From an uncultured Spirochaetota bacterium (GTDB taxonomy: Bacteria > Spirochaetota > Brevinematia > Brevinematales > JAOACQ01), in NCBI GenBank assembly GCA_963768055.1, contig CAVYGN010000002.1, forward strand, positions 1,792,001 to 1,856,000: a stretch of DNA of 64,000 bases, given 5' to 3'. The notes below the pieces were generated by a model, which saw only the letters and a program-made list of their open reading frames with translations, ran no database searches and had not been told where the DNA came from. The position numbers and the translations under genes were made by a program. Shown here in pieces: positions 1 through 10,368 of this stretch (position 1 is the stretch's first letter; each line of letters opens with the position of its first letter).

Positions 1-674
1 CTGAGAGAAATATCAATATTTTCCAATTCTTCCAGGGCTCTTGCGCAAACTGTCGTATGTGCGATTACCGAGTCTCCCGCTATCGATTCGGCGATATGAG
101 GGAAAAAACGGGTGTTTTTTCCCAGAAAAAGCTTTTCTACTCCGCGGTGCTGGTAGCCAAGCTGGATCTCCAGGTGGTAGAGGTTTTCTCCATGGCAGGA
201 AAAACGGAAATGGCCCGGTTCGATGATGCCGGCATGCACAGGGCCTACCGCTACCTCATGGATCTCATCGCCTTCGATTTTAAAAAAAGGATAATTTTCC
301 ATTGTTTGAGTTTTATCAAACCTGTCCGAAGAATACCTCACCGGCTTCAGCCATGGATGGCCCTCAGGTTTAATTCCAAATTCTTCAAAAAATTCCCTCT
401 CGAACATATGTAAAGAGGGCATTTCAGGCGTAATAGCCGGATATGATCTTTCACTTTTGAACATTGCCGAAGATACAAGCAGCCTGGAGTTTTCATCATC
501 CGCCAGGACTGTAAAAAGAAGGACCCCTTCGCGCTTTTTCAGGCCGAAGAAAGCCACAACTCTTTTATAGTTCCTGCATTCCTTTATTATTTCACTCCTC
601 AAAGCTTGAATGTCCAGAACCGGTATTTCATCCAGATTCAAGACCCGGCTGTTTCTCGTTATTGCCCAGTTCAT
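1..674 (-). CDS. hyfG: HyfG/HycE-like (NuoC/D-family) large subunit of an Ehr-type complex; 5' part only, runs off the window
   Basis: Not in the ORF track. Manual translation from ATG at 674 (overlaps the stop of the hyfF-like gene): MNWAITRN...GHPWLKP...EVAVGPVHAGIIEPGHFRF...LGYQHRGVEK...AESIAGDSVIAH. Confidence 0.9.
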   Translation of the reverse strand, partial: MNWAITRNSRVLNLDEIPVLDIQALRSEIIKECRNYKRVVAFFGLKKREGVLLFTVLADDENSRLLVSSAMFKSERSYPAITPEMPSLHMFEREFFEEFGIKPEGHPWLKPVRYSSDRFDKTQTMENYPFFKIEGDEIHEVAVGPVHAGIIEPGHFRFSCHGENLYHLEIQLGYQHRGVEKLFLGKNTRFFPHIAESIAGDSVIAHTTVCARALEELENIDISL

Positions 675-2080
675 TTCAGGCCGTCCGCCGCATTCGTTAT
701 GATCCGGAATATGTAATCAGGAAGCCCCAGGCCCATTGAGAAAAGAAGGGACAGCATGATCGCCTGCGGAATAATATTTAGAAATCTATTGTGTGAAGGG
801 GAGATCTTATGTTCCGGTTTTCCCCAGCTCATTTTAAAAACAGCGGTTCCCATCCCGGCAATAGTAACTGTAATTAAAAGAAAGAATAAAATAACCATTA
901 CAGGCTGTCCGTTTCCGATCATTGCCTTCACAATGGCAAACTCGCTGAAAAATATCGGAGAAGGCGGTATTCCGGCTATGCCGATAAATGAAAGTATCCA
1001 GAACCAGCCGGTTGCCGTATCGTTTTTTAAAAGGCCTGAGACGCCGTCTGTTTTTTTAGTGCCGAAGCTATGAAGAATATTTCCGGAGGTTAAAAAGAGC
1101 GAAACCTTGGAAAGAGAATGAAATACGATCTGCAGGAAAGCGGCCAAAACAGCGCTTCCGCCGATACCCAGGGCAATAGAAATTATGCCCATATTTTCAA
1201 TGGAAGAATAGGCCAGCATCCTTTTATAATTTTTCATCCTTACTATATAAACGGCGCTAACAAGCAGAGACAGGAATCCCATGCCGATCAGAAGTATTTT
1301 TGCAAAGCCGTCCTGTCCAGCCTGGATCATCAGCTTGTAAACCCGGATAATCCCCAGCAGCGCGGTGTTCAGAAGAGTGCCTGAAAGCATAGCCGATACA
1401 GGGGACGGCGCTTCCGAATGAGCGTCGGGAAGCCAGGCATGCATTGGGGCCAGGCCGGTTTTTGTCCCGAGACCGACTAAGATGAAAATAAATGAAAGTT
1501 TAAGCCAGAACGGGTTGATCAGCTTTGCGTTTTGATAGAGATCGGTAAAAAAGAGCGAATTTATGCTGCCCATCCCCAGGGACAGGAAAATGATCCCGAC
1601 AAAGGCCAGGGATATACCGATGGAGCAGATGAATATGTATTTCCAGGCTGCTTCGAGCGAAGCATCGGTCTTGCTGAAATAGATAAGGTAAGAGCTTGTC
1701 AGGGTCGTAGCCTCCACGAACACCCATAACAGGCCCAGGTGGGTTGCCAGTATCACACAGGTCATTGAAAAAACAAATAGAAGAAAGAAAACGGTATAAT
1801 AAGTATGGCTCTTTTTCGGAGCCTCGCTGCGCCTCAGGTAACCGATATTGTAGATTGAAACACAAAAATAAAGTACGGCAAGTATCATCATAAAAAGAAT
1901 ATTGATCTCATCAACCTGAAGATAGGGGGTAAATTGCCCGGGCTTTAAAAGGAGAAGAATCGTAATAAAAATGTAAATAATGGAGTATCCCAGATTGGCG
2001 AACGCATTGATCGATCTTGATTGAATGAGAAAGAGCAGAAGCCCCAATACAAGCGGGAAAATTAAAAGCGTTTCAATCAT
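671..2080 (-). CDS. hyfF: HyfF-like proton-translocating membrane subunit (NuoL/M/N-MrpA/D family)
   Basis: Multi-TM protein with WVFVEATT, HAWLPDAHSEAPSPVSAMLSG and KRMLAYSSIE motifs; operon position. Confidence 0.9.
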   Translation of the reverse strand: MIETLLIFPLVLGLLLFLIQSRSINAFANLGYSIIYIFITILLLLKPGQFTPYLQVDEINILFMMILAVLYFCVSIYNIGYLRRSEAPKKSHTYYTVFFLLFVFSMTCVILATHLGLLWVFVEATTLTSSYLIYFSKTDASLEAAWKYIFICSIGISLAFVGIIFLSLGMGSINSLFFTDLYQNAKLINPFWLKLSFIFILVGLGTKTGLAPMHAWLPDAHSEAPSPVSAMLSGTLLNTALLGIIRVYKLMIQAGQDGFAKILLIGMGFLSLLVSAVYIVRMKNYKRMLAYSSIENMGIISIALGIGGSAVLAAFLQIVFHSLSKVSLFLTSGNILHSFGTKKTDGVSGLLKNDTATGWFWILSFIGIAGIPPSPIFFSEFAIVKAMIGNGQPVMVILFFLLITVTIAGMGTAVFKMSWGKPEHKISPSHNRFLNIIPQAIMLSLLFSMGLGLPDYIFRIITNAADGLK

Positions 2081-2082
2081 AG

Positions 2083-2718
2083 TTAGTCCTTTAAATCTGT
2101 TAACGTGTCTATATGGTCCCGATTGTAGCGGATTTGTATTTTATTTACAAAGAGGCCTAACAGATAGATGCAGATAAATATGTCCAGAAGCACCCCCATA
2201 TTTACTATCAGCGGCATTTCCTTTGCAATGGACAGCGAGAGAAGGAATATGCCGTTTTCCAGCATCATATATCCCATTACATGAGTAACTATCTTTTTCC
2301 TGGTCATAATAATGAAGAGCGCTGAGATAATAAATGAGATCGATATTCCGAAATAAAGCGGCCTGATATTATTTCCGTTTTTCATCGACCAGTAGGAGAT
2401 GAAAAATCCGAAAGCAAAAATAATACTTACTATCAGTACGGAATAAAAACCGGGCAGATAGGGCTCAACTTCCTTCAAAATCGAGTTTTTTCTTACTATG
2501 CGGACCAGGATAATCGGGATGATAATAGTTTTGAATATGATAGTCTCTAAAGAAAGAAATAAAAAAGTGACCTGCTCGATCCTTCCGAAATCTGCCAGTA
2601 TCATTAAAAACAGGATTATTCCCTGTACGGCCAGAGCTTTGATATAACCCTCTATACGGCTGGTCGCCGCTGTAAAAAGAAGGGTTACGCCGAATAGAAC
2701 GAGTAGAAAATTTATCAT
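2083..2718 (-). CDS. hyfE: HyfE-like membrane subunit
   Basis: Hydrophobic, GYMMLENGIFL motif; start MINFLL at 2718 overlaps the upstream stop (ATGA). Confidence 0.85.
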   Translation of the reverse strand: MINFLLVLFGVTLLFTAATSRIEGYIKALAVQGIILFLMILADFGRIEQVTFLFLSLETIIFKTIIIPIILVRIVRKNSILKEVEPYLPGFYSVLIVSIIFAFGFFISYWSMKNGNNIRPLYFGISISFIISALFIIMTRKKIVTHVMGYMMLENGIFLLSLSIAKEMPLIVNMGVLLDIFICIYLLGLFVNKIQIRYNRDHIDTLTDLKD

Positions 2719-3638
2719 GGCCTGACTCCGAAAGAGAAAAATGCAGTCAAGGATAATATAATTAACGCGAGAGATGTCATCAGCAGAATAAATTGCGGTA
2801 CCTTGGACATCCTGAGCCTGGCTATAAAAGACTCCAGGCAACCTATGAGTACGGCGCTTATCATTTGCACTGCGGTAAATAACAAAATGTAATAAAAAAG
2901 AGGCAGGTTCACGGGAATAATAAGGGCCTCAATAAGTGAAGTAATAACAACCATTTTCATTCCCGATCCGTAATTGATAAGGGCCAAGTCGGGCCCTGAA
3001 TTGTCCAGGACCATTACTTCATGGATCATAGTAAGTTCGAGATGGGTGTTCGGGTCGTCTACAGGCACTCTTGAGCCTTCGGTAATGAGCATAATAAATA
3101 ATGCGGCTATTATCAGGGCCATTATCAATGTTATCAAACTGTTATGCAGATAGGGAAGGGAGAGTATCTTTTCAAAAGATATGCTTCCCGAAAGCATCGC
3201 CAGCGATGCCATGATTATGAAGAAAGCCGGTTCGATAAAGCTGGTAAAAGCCGCCTCGCGGCTCGCGCCCATTCCCTCGAAGCTTGAACCGGTATCCATT
3301 GCGCCCAGGATGCTTAAAAACTTGCCGGTTGCCAGGATATAGGCAAACAATATGAAGTCGCCGTCGAAGGGCAGGACAGAAGAACTTAATGTAATCGGAA
3401 CCAGCAGACCTGCGAACAGGATTGAAGCGAACGTGACGGATGGCGCTATCTGAAAAATAATTGAAGTGGAAAACCCGATTACTTCGCCCTTTTTCAATAA
3501 TTTAAAAAAATCAAAGAACGGCTGAATTACCGGGGCCCCCTTCCTTCCCGTCCAGAAGGCCTTGGTTTTATTAATAATACCGAGATATAAAAAGGGCATA
3601 GTTAAAAGGAATATGATATTTATTATTTTTACCGTCAT
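2715..3638 (-). CDS. hyfC: HyfC/HycD (NuoH-like) membrane subunit
   Basis: GRKGAPVIQPFFD, DTGSSFEGMGASRE and RVPVDDPNTHLELTMIHE motifs; start MTVKII at 3638 (ATGA overlap). Confidence 0.9.
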   Translation of the reverse strand: MTVKIINIIFLLTMPFLYLGIINKTKAFWTGRKGAPVIQPFFDFFKLLKKGEVIGFSTSIIFQIAPSVTFASILFAGLLVPITLSSSVLPFDGDFILFAYILATGKFLSILGAMDTGSSFEGMGASREAAFTSFIEPAFFIIMASLAMLSGSISFEKILSLPYLHNSLITLIMALIIAALFIMLITEGSRVPVDDPNTHLELTMIHEVMVLDNSGPDLALINYGSGMKMVVITSLIEALIIPVNLPLFYYILLFTAVQMISAVLIGCLESFIARLRMSKVPQFILLMTSLALIILSLTAFFSFGVRP

Positions 3639-5624
3639 TTGTAGCTGCCTATAGTCAGGAGTATTGTTATGATGAGAAAGATTAGGCCGTAAAGAATGTA
3701 CAGCTGGGTGTTTCCGTTCTGGATCCATGAAAACAATTCGAGGAATTTTAAGACTCCTTTAACGGCCGGCCTTATGATATTTTGAGTTACCCAATCACGG
3801 CTCTCCGATTGAAAGTCCGAAGTTACGGGAAAAAGCCCGGAAGGCTTTTTTAATTTTTCTTCAATACCGGCTAAGGGCTTCATCAGCGCCAGGAACGGCT
3901 GGGCAAAGGAGGATGAAGTATACTGCATCCGGGAGTTACCCGCCTGATAACCGCAGTTCCAGGTTTTAAAATACCTTACGGATTTCCCCGCCAGAAGTAT
4001 ACGCCTGAAGACGATTATTATTATTGATATCGATATAAAAACCATGCAGCCTGCCGAGATTCTGCCGAGGATAAGTATAATTCCTTCGGAAGATAACACA
4101 GGCTGCGCCCCCTGCGTAAGCGCCATTACAGGTTTTTCCACCATATTGAAGACATATTGTGGAAATATCCCGATTATTAAACAGAACAGGGATAATAAAG
4201 CCATCGGGATCAGTAAAGTCATTTCACTCTCCCGGGCTTTTTCGGCATGAAAGCTTCTGGGCAAGCCCAGGAAAACTGTACCCGAAACCTTTGTAAAGCA
4301 TAACAGGGCCATTGTTCCGACAAAAGCTAATGAGGCTATGGTAAGGACTAAGACGGTAAAGATAACCGCGCCTCCTGTTTTAAGCCCTGAAAGCATCCCT
4401 GAATAAATCAGAAATTCGCTTATAAAACCGTTAAAGGGCGGGAGTCCGCAGATTGCGGCGGAACCGATGATAAAAAACAGGGCTGTAAAGGGCATTTTTT
4501 TAATCAGTCCCCCCATTTCTTCGATATTCCGGGTATGGGTTTTCATATATACGGAACCTGCACCGAAAAACAGCAGCTCTTTGAAGATCGAATGGTTGAG
4601 AATATGGAGCAGCCCCCCGCCGAAACCAAGGAATGCCATCATGGCGTTGCCGTAAGAAAGTCCGAGCATGCCGGTCCCTATTCCTATTCCGATAATACCT
4701 ATATTTTCAACACTGTGATAGGCAAGAAGCTTTTTTATGTCATGCTGGGCTATTGCGTAGATCACTCCGAAGAGCGCTGAAAGGGCGGATATTATGATGA
4801 CAAAGTATGAAAGACCGGGAGAAGGCGTTCCTATTCAAGGTAAGTATCCTGAGAATGCCGTATATTCCGGTTTTGATCATGATACCCGACATAATTCCGG
4901 ATACGTTACTTGGCGCGGCCGGATGCGCCCTGGGAAGCCATGAATGAAACGGCATAAAGCCGGCTTTTGTCCCGAAGCCGGCGAAAAACAAAATAAAAAT
5001 TAAATTTGCTGTTTCCTTATTTTTTTCAAAAAAGGATTTGAAAGAATTAAAATTATAATCACCGGATTGGAGCGAGGCGATAATAAATCCGGCGATGATG
5101 AATACTGTGCCGATATGCATAGCTATGAGATAATTAATGCCGGCCCGGAATACTTCTTCTTTTTCATTCTCAAAAACCACAAGGAAAAATGACGATAGCG
5201 ACATAATTTCCCATAGTATTAGAAAAAATAATGCGTTCTGGACGACAAAGAGCATAAGCATGGACGAGATCAAAATGCTCAATAAGAAGAAAAAGGAGGT
5301 TGTCGTCATTTTCCGGCCGAAATAAATCTTCATATATCCGGTGGAGTAGAAGGCCCCCAGGGAACCCATAATAGAAATTATAATGATAAAAAAGGCGGAA
5401 AGGGGATCGATAATAAAACTTACACTGCCGATCGGCTGATTCAGCGTATAATCAAATAAAAGGCTGCCGTTTCCGGACAGAACCCGGACCGATGGAAACA
5501 GGAGTAAAACCGTTCCGGCAGCGAAAAATATCGTTAATATCCAGCCTTTGAATTTCTCCGGGATTAGCGTTGTTAATAAACCTCCGGCCAGAATCAGGCC
5601 GATACCATAAAAAAAACAATCCAT
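3635..5624 (-). pseudogene. hyfB: HyfB/HycC-like membrane subunit split by a one-base frameshift near 4834 (true pseudogene or sequencing error)
   Basis: ORFs 4740-5624 (LILWEIMSL, HSWLPRAHPAAPS) and 3635-4765 (KKLLAYHSVENIG, PPFNGFISE) join if one A is removed from ACC TTG A ATA GGA. Confidence 0.85.
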
Positions 5625-5630
5625 TTCCTT

Positions 5631-6305
5631 CTATTTTTTCAACCATTCCTGTTCTTTCAATTCGATATATCTGATGATAATTTCCCTGCCGTTTTGTTCC
5701 TTCAATAACTTAATACATTCTTCCTGCCGGCAGAGAAAGGATATTTTCGATAGGATTTCAAGGTGCCTTTTCGGATTGGCGCTCAAAACAATAAACAGCG
5801 TACTTACAAATTCATTGTCAATCGCTCCGTAATCGATGGGATTTTTAAGAAAGCAAACTGTAACGCTTTCATGTTCGATATCGGCAAGTATCGGATTCCT
5901 CGGATGGGGTATTGCAATACCTTTTCCTATAGCCGTCGGCATCATTTCTTCTCTTTCCAGAAGCGAGTAAATTAGCGCTTCCTTTGTAGTTTCGGGAGGT
6001 ATCGGCATAATATCCGCGGCGCTCTTGATGGTCTCGGTTACGGTCTTCCCTTCGATCCCGTAAAATATTCCCCCTCTTTTCAAAAGCCCTGAAATCGATA
6101 CGGGAAGCCTGGTGAGGTTCATTTCAAGTATTTTATGCGATACGTTAAGGTTGTTCGTTAGTACCCATTCTTTGATTTCAGCCATATTGAAGCGGTATTC
6201 ATGATTTATCTGGTATGCCGGAAGCTTTCGTTCCGCTATCCATTGTAATACGGTTTTTTCCGTAACCTCCAGAAGTTCGACAATGTCCTTTATTTTCAAT
6301 TCCAT
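5631..6305 (-). CDS. Excisionase-type HTH fused to a PTS EIIA (Ntr/Fru-type) domain
   Basis: N-terminal IKDIVELLEVTEKTVLQWIAERKLPA HTH; REEMMPTAIGKGIAIPH EIIA phosphorylation motif; first gene of the operon. Confidence 0.85.
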   Translation of the reverse strand: MELKIKDIVELLEVTEKTVLQWIAERKLPAYQINHEYRFNMAEIKEWVLTNNLNVSHKILEMNLTRLPVSISGLLKRGGIFYGIEGKTVTETIKSAADIMPIPPETTKEALIYSLLEREEMMPTAIGKGIAIPHPRNPILADIEHESVTVCFLKNPIDYGAIDNEFVSTLFIVLSANPKRHLEILSKISFLCRQEECIKLLKEQNGREIIIRYIELKEQEWLKK

Positions 6306-6406
6306 TCCGTTCCCTTGGATTAATGTTTCACAGAATAAATAGGCGTTTATTTTAACATAAAATCATGGAATTTTCAAAAAAAGCCATTGTATCGATTATC
6401 TATAGT

Positions 6407-7390
6407 TTAAACTCCGGATTGCAACGGTTTATTCCCCAGGACGGCTTCGATCCTTTCTTCCACTTCAGGGGTGAGTTTGGGTACGGTCTCAAGGGATTTA
6501 ATATTCTCGATCACCTGGCCGGGACTGCTCGCTCCTGTAATAACCGTGCTTATATTTTTATTTTTCACGCACCAGGCAATCGCCAGTTGGGCCAATGTGC
6601 AGCTTAAATCCGACACGATAGGTATGAGCTTCCTGACTTTTTCGATCCTTTCCGGGTTAAGCTCCCTATCCCTGAGCCACTCGTACCCCGGAAGGCCCAG
6701 ACGGCTTCCAGCAGGAATTCCATCATTGTACTTGCCTGTAAGAATTCCTGAATCCAGCGGGCTCCATGTCGTCAGGCCCAGGCCGATTTCCTTATAAAGC
6801 CTTAAAAATTCCCTCTCGACTTTTTCACGGGTGAACATATTATACTGGGGCTGTTCCATCCGCGGCTTATGCAGATGATGAGAGTCGGCGATCATATAAG
6901 CCTGCATTATCTGATCAGCGCTCCATTCGGAAGTGCCCCAGTAAAGGGCCTTTCCCTGTGAGATTATATCATGCATCGCCCATACTGTTTCTTCTACGGG
7001 AGTTTCCGGGTCAGGCCTGTGGCAGAAGATGAGGTCTACGTAATCCAGTTGAAGGCGTTTAAGCGATCCGTCAATAGCCTGCATCAGGTATTTTCTATTA
7101 AGGGTGAAACTTTCATTAGGACCTTTGTTCAATCCCCAGAAAAACTTTGTCGAAATGGAATAGCTGACCCTCCGCCAGCCTAGTTTCTTAAGAGTGTTCC
7201 CCATTATTATCTCGGACTGACCTAAGGCGTAAGCTTCCGCGTTATCGAAGAAATTGACGCCCGCGTCATATGCCGCCTTCATAATAGCGATCGATTTCCC
7301 CTCGTCGACCTGCGTTCCGTATGTTACCCAAGAACCGAGAGACAACTCGCTCAATTTAAGTCCCGAGCTTCCAAGATGTCTGTAATTCAT
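6407..7390 (-). CDS. Aldo/keto reductase (Kv-beta-like)
   Basis: [24 protein letters not shown] and TWSPL motifs. Confidence 0.9.
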   Translation of the reverse strand: MNYRHLGSSGLKLSELSLGSWVTYGTQVDEGKSIAIMKAAYDAGVNFFDNAEAYALGQSEIIMGNTLKKLGWRRVSYSISTKFFWGLNKGPNESFTLNRKYLMQAIDGSLKRLQLDYVDLIFCHRPDPETPVEETVWAMHDIISQGKALYWGTSEWSADQIMQAYMIADSHHLHKPRMEQPQYNMFTREKVEREFLRLYKEIGLGLTTWSPLDSGILTGKYNDGIPAGSRLGLPGYEWLRDRELNPERIEKVRKLIPIVSDLSCTLAQLAIAWCVKNKNISTVITGASSPGQVIENIKSLETVPKLTPEVEERIEAVLGNKPLQSGV

Positions 7391-7536
7391 ATATTGTTCC
7401 TTCCAATCGTTATTTCTATAAAAATAATCATTTTGGATTGTGTTTTCAATTAATTCAGGAACTTATATCTAAAAATGTTGACTTGACCGGCGTCCTCAGA
7501 TAGAATTTTCCTGAAACCTTAGAGGAGGTTAAAATC

Positions 7537-8232
7537 ATGAAAAAGACGTGTATATTTATAGTATTTCTATTAATTCTGGCTGTTTTCAGCTGTTCAAAAA
7601 AAGTAAGTACTGAAAGTTTTTCTGGAAAGATACTTTTGACCGCCGGTAGTGTTTTAGTTAATGACACTCCGGCAAGCGTGGACTCTGATGTCCCGGCGGA
7701 TTCCACCATTACAACCGGAAAGGATTCCATCTGTGAAATCGTTTTTAACGGGAAAAACATCATTCATATACTCGAAAACAGCTCCATAAAACTGAATATG
7801 CTCCAGGAGCAGAAAGGAATAAAAATCAAATCGGGGGGCCTGGAAGCTGTTGTCAAAAACCTCGGCTATGCAAAAGACGGACTGCCCCCTTTTAAAGTCG
7901 AGACGGAGACGGCGGTCGCGGCTGTCCGCGGCACCACCTTTTATGTCAGGGCCATCGATAGTTCAAATACAGTAGTATGCGCCTGCAACGGTGTTGTTGC
8001 GCTGGGGAACCCGGGCCAGACTAATTTAGAGACTGTAGAATCCCGCCATCATACCGGTTTTGTCTTTATTTCAGGTACAAACGGCCTCAGTTTCAGGGAA
8101 GTAAAACTTAAGTATAAAAATGATGCCGAATTGAAAAAGATTGTCGGCCATAACAACAGGGATATGGAGGAACTGGCCGCAAAAATCGGGGTAAAAATCG
8201 ATTGGCGGCATGTCGACAGGGCCGTCCGGTAG
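7537..8232 (+). CDS. FecR-domain lipoprotein
   Basis: Lipoprotein signal (LILAVFSC); VETETAVAAVRGTTF FecR motif. Confidence 0.75.
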   Translation: MKKTCIFIVFLLILAVFSCSKKVSTESFSGKILLTAGSVLVNDTPASVDSDVPADSTITTGKDSICEIVFNGKNIIHILENSSIKLNMLQEQKGIKIKSGGLEAVVKNLGYAKDGLPPFKVETETAVAAVRGTTFYVRAIDSSNTVVCACNGVVALGNPGQTNLETVESRHHTGFVFISGTNGLSFREVKLKYKNDAELKKIVGHNNRDMEELAAKIGVKIDWRHVDRAVR

Positions 8233-8262
8233 GACGGTCCGGTAAGACAGCAATCCGGAGTT

Positions 8263-9297
8263 TTATTGGGAATTATATTTTTCAGTATATTCTTTCCAGA
8301 ATAATTGATTTTGTTTCAGTAATTTTGGAATGTCCAGATTATAAGGGCATCTGCCGACGCATTTTCCGCACTCTGTACATTTATCAACCTGCATAATCTG
8401 ATCGTTAACCATTGAAAATGCCCTTTCAAACGGCATTCTTTTAATGAATGAATTGACCACCAATACTGTGCTGATCTTAATATCTTCGGGGCAGGGCTGG
8501 CAATAATCGCACCTGTGACACCAGACGCCGCCGGATTCTTTGCGTATTCTTTCGATTTCTTCTTTTTCCGATTTTGAAAGCGGAATCATCTTATCAACTA
8601 TGTCGGATATTTCTTTCATTTCGCCGATTTTTTCAATTCCGGGGTCCGGGACAATGCCGTCGAACTGCAAAAGATATTTAAAACAGAGATTTGCATCGTT
8701 CAAAAGTCCGCCTCCCAACGGCTTCATTGCAATAATTCCCAGGTTCATTTTTTTTGCAAGGGGTATTACTTCTTCTTCAGCCTGCCTGTCTATAAAATTA
8801 TACGGGATCTGAATCGAATAGAATTTATCGGTCATCAGCATTTTTTTTGCAATACTCATCGTATGGGAGCTGAATCCTTCGAATCTGACTTTACCCTGTT
8901 TTACGGCAAGCGACAGCCCTTCATAAGCTCCGTCTTTTGCCATTACAGCGTTAAATTTTTCTTCAGAGCTTACGCCATGAAGCTGATAAATATCTATATA
9001 ATCGGTTTTGAGTCTTTTCAAAGAATTATCGATATGTTCCAAAATGGTTTTTTTATCGCCTGCCGCAGACTTTGTTGCAATTACAAGTTCGTGCCTTGGA
9101 ATTCCATTAATTGCAATTCCTATTTTTTCCTCGCTGTCGGAATAGCCTTTCGCAGTATCGATGAAATTTATACCTAAATTCAAAGATTCTTTAATTACTT
9201 CGACGGCTAGGGGTACTGGGAGACGCATGATCGGAATTCCTCCGAATGCAACTCTGCTGACCATTAATCCTGTTTTACCGAATGCTATTTTTTTCAT
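8263..9297 (-). CDS. Aldo/keto reductase with C-terminal 4Fe-4S dicluster
   Basis: FGGIPI, FIDTAKGY and AMKPLGGG; CHRCDYCQPCP and CTECGKCVGRCP. Confidence 0.9.
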   Translation of the reverse strand: MKKIAFGKTGLMVSRVAFGGIPIMRLPVPLAVEVIKESLNLGINFIDTAKGYSDSEEKIGIAINGIPRHELVIATKSAAGDKKTILEHIDNSLKRLKTDYIDIYQLHGVSSEEKFNAVMAKDGAYEGLSLAVKQGKVRFEGFSSHTMSIAKKMLMTDKFYSIQIPYNFIDRQAEEEVIPLAKKMNLGIIAMKPLGGGLLNDANLCFKYLLQFDGIVPDPGIEKIGEMKEISDIVDKMIPLSKSEKEEIERIRKESGGVWCHRCDYCQPCPEDIKISTVLVVNSFIKRMPFERAFSMVNDQIMQVDKCTECGKCVGRCPYNLDIPKLLKQNQLFWKEYTEKYNSQ

Positions 9298-9375
9298 AAT
9301 GCCTTTCTAATACAATTATTTCAAACCTTGATAAGGATATTTAAATCCTGAATTTAAGTCAAATCGGTAAGTTGC

Positions 9376-10368
9376 TTAATTTTTTTCAACCCTCGCACCC
9401 TGAACAATCAGCGGCTTATAAATTGCCGAAGCCCCGGATTCGTAAAGGGCGCTTTCCAGCGGCGAAATATCTTCCCCGGGCCAGAGGGCTATTATCGTAC
9501 CGCCGCTGCCCGCTCCTGCAAGCTTCGCCCCAAGGGCCCCGGCTTTAAGAGAAGCGGAAATCAGCCGTTCGTTCGGTTCGCCCGAACCTCCCAGCAAACG
9601 CTGGATTTTGTGATTTTCATTCATCAGATCCCCTAAAAGCGGCCAGTCTTTTAAAATAAGCGCCTTTTTTCCCTGCCTGGCAAGGTCCGCGATCTTTTTA
9701 TATCCTTCCACAACGTCGGCCTCGCCATTCAGCCAGCGTTCCGCGATGGGCCTGTGAACATTGCCTGAAATTCGTTTCACTCCGGTATGAGCAAGGATAA
9801 AGGGCAGATCTTTTACAAAACCTGCAAGCGGTTCGACCGAAGCGTAATTTTTATCATCTGTAATGCCTGAAAAATATTTCCCCCTGAATTCCATATAATT
9901 CAGGCCCCCGAAAACGTTCATATAGGCATCCTGAAACCCGCAGACGATTTTGAGGTGATTAAATTCTATATAACGTACCTTCTCAGCAAGCTCGTAAGAA
10001 TTCGGATATATTCCCCGCCAGGCAAGAAGCGCCTGAAGTATGGCAGTAAGAAGGGCGGTGGAACCGGCCATGCCGCTTTGAACTGGGATCACGCTTCCGA
10101 ATCGGATCCGGCAGCATAATTCCGGCAATTCCATGAAATCGAGGACCGCGCGCACTATATCGAAAGAATCGTTCCGTAAACGTATATCATCCGGACCGGC
10201 TACTTTAATTTCCCTGCCTCCCGTTTCCATTACAAGGCCCTGTTCGGGCGTCAGGGCTGCAAAGGCGAGCATTCCTATCGAACAGGAAAGGACCGCTCCT
10301 CCGTACATATCCGATGGATTTCCGATAATAGCCGCCCTTCCCGGCGCGGTTGCAGTCAGCCCGGTCAT
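9376..10368 (-). CDS. GHMP-family sugar kinase, glucuronokinase-like
   Basis: GHMP motif IPVQSGMAGS and GAKLAGAGSGG; GNPSDMYG and SGNVHRPIAERWLNG resemble plant glucuronokinase as recalled. Confidence 0.8.
   Translation of the reverse strand: MTGLTATAPGRAAIIGNPSDMYGGAVLSCSIGMLAFAALTPEQGLVMETGGREIKVAGPDDIRLRNDSFDIVRAVLDFMELPELCCRIRFGSVIPVQSGMAGSTALLTAILQALLAWRGIYPNSYELAEKVRYIEFNHLKIVCGFQDAYMNVFGGLNYMEFRGKYFSGITDDKNYASVEPLAGFVKDLPFILAHTGVKRISGNVHRPIAERWLNGEADVVEGYKKIADLARQGKKALILKDWPLLGDLMNENHKIQRLLGGSGEPNERLISASLKAGALGAKLAGAGSGGTIIALWPGEDISPLESALYESGASAIYKPLIVQGARVEKN

Noticed and set aside
1..5624. Annotation as a functional [NiFe] hydrogenase-4 or formate hydrogenlyase
   Set aside because: N-terminal CxxC ligands are absent; no fdh or hyp genes in the window
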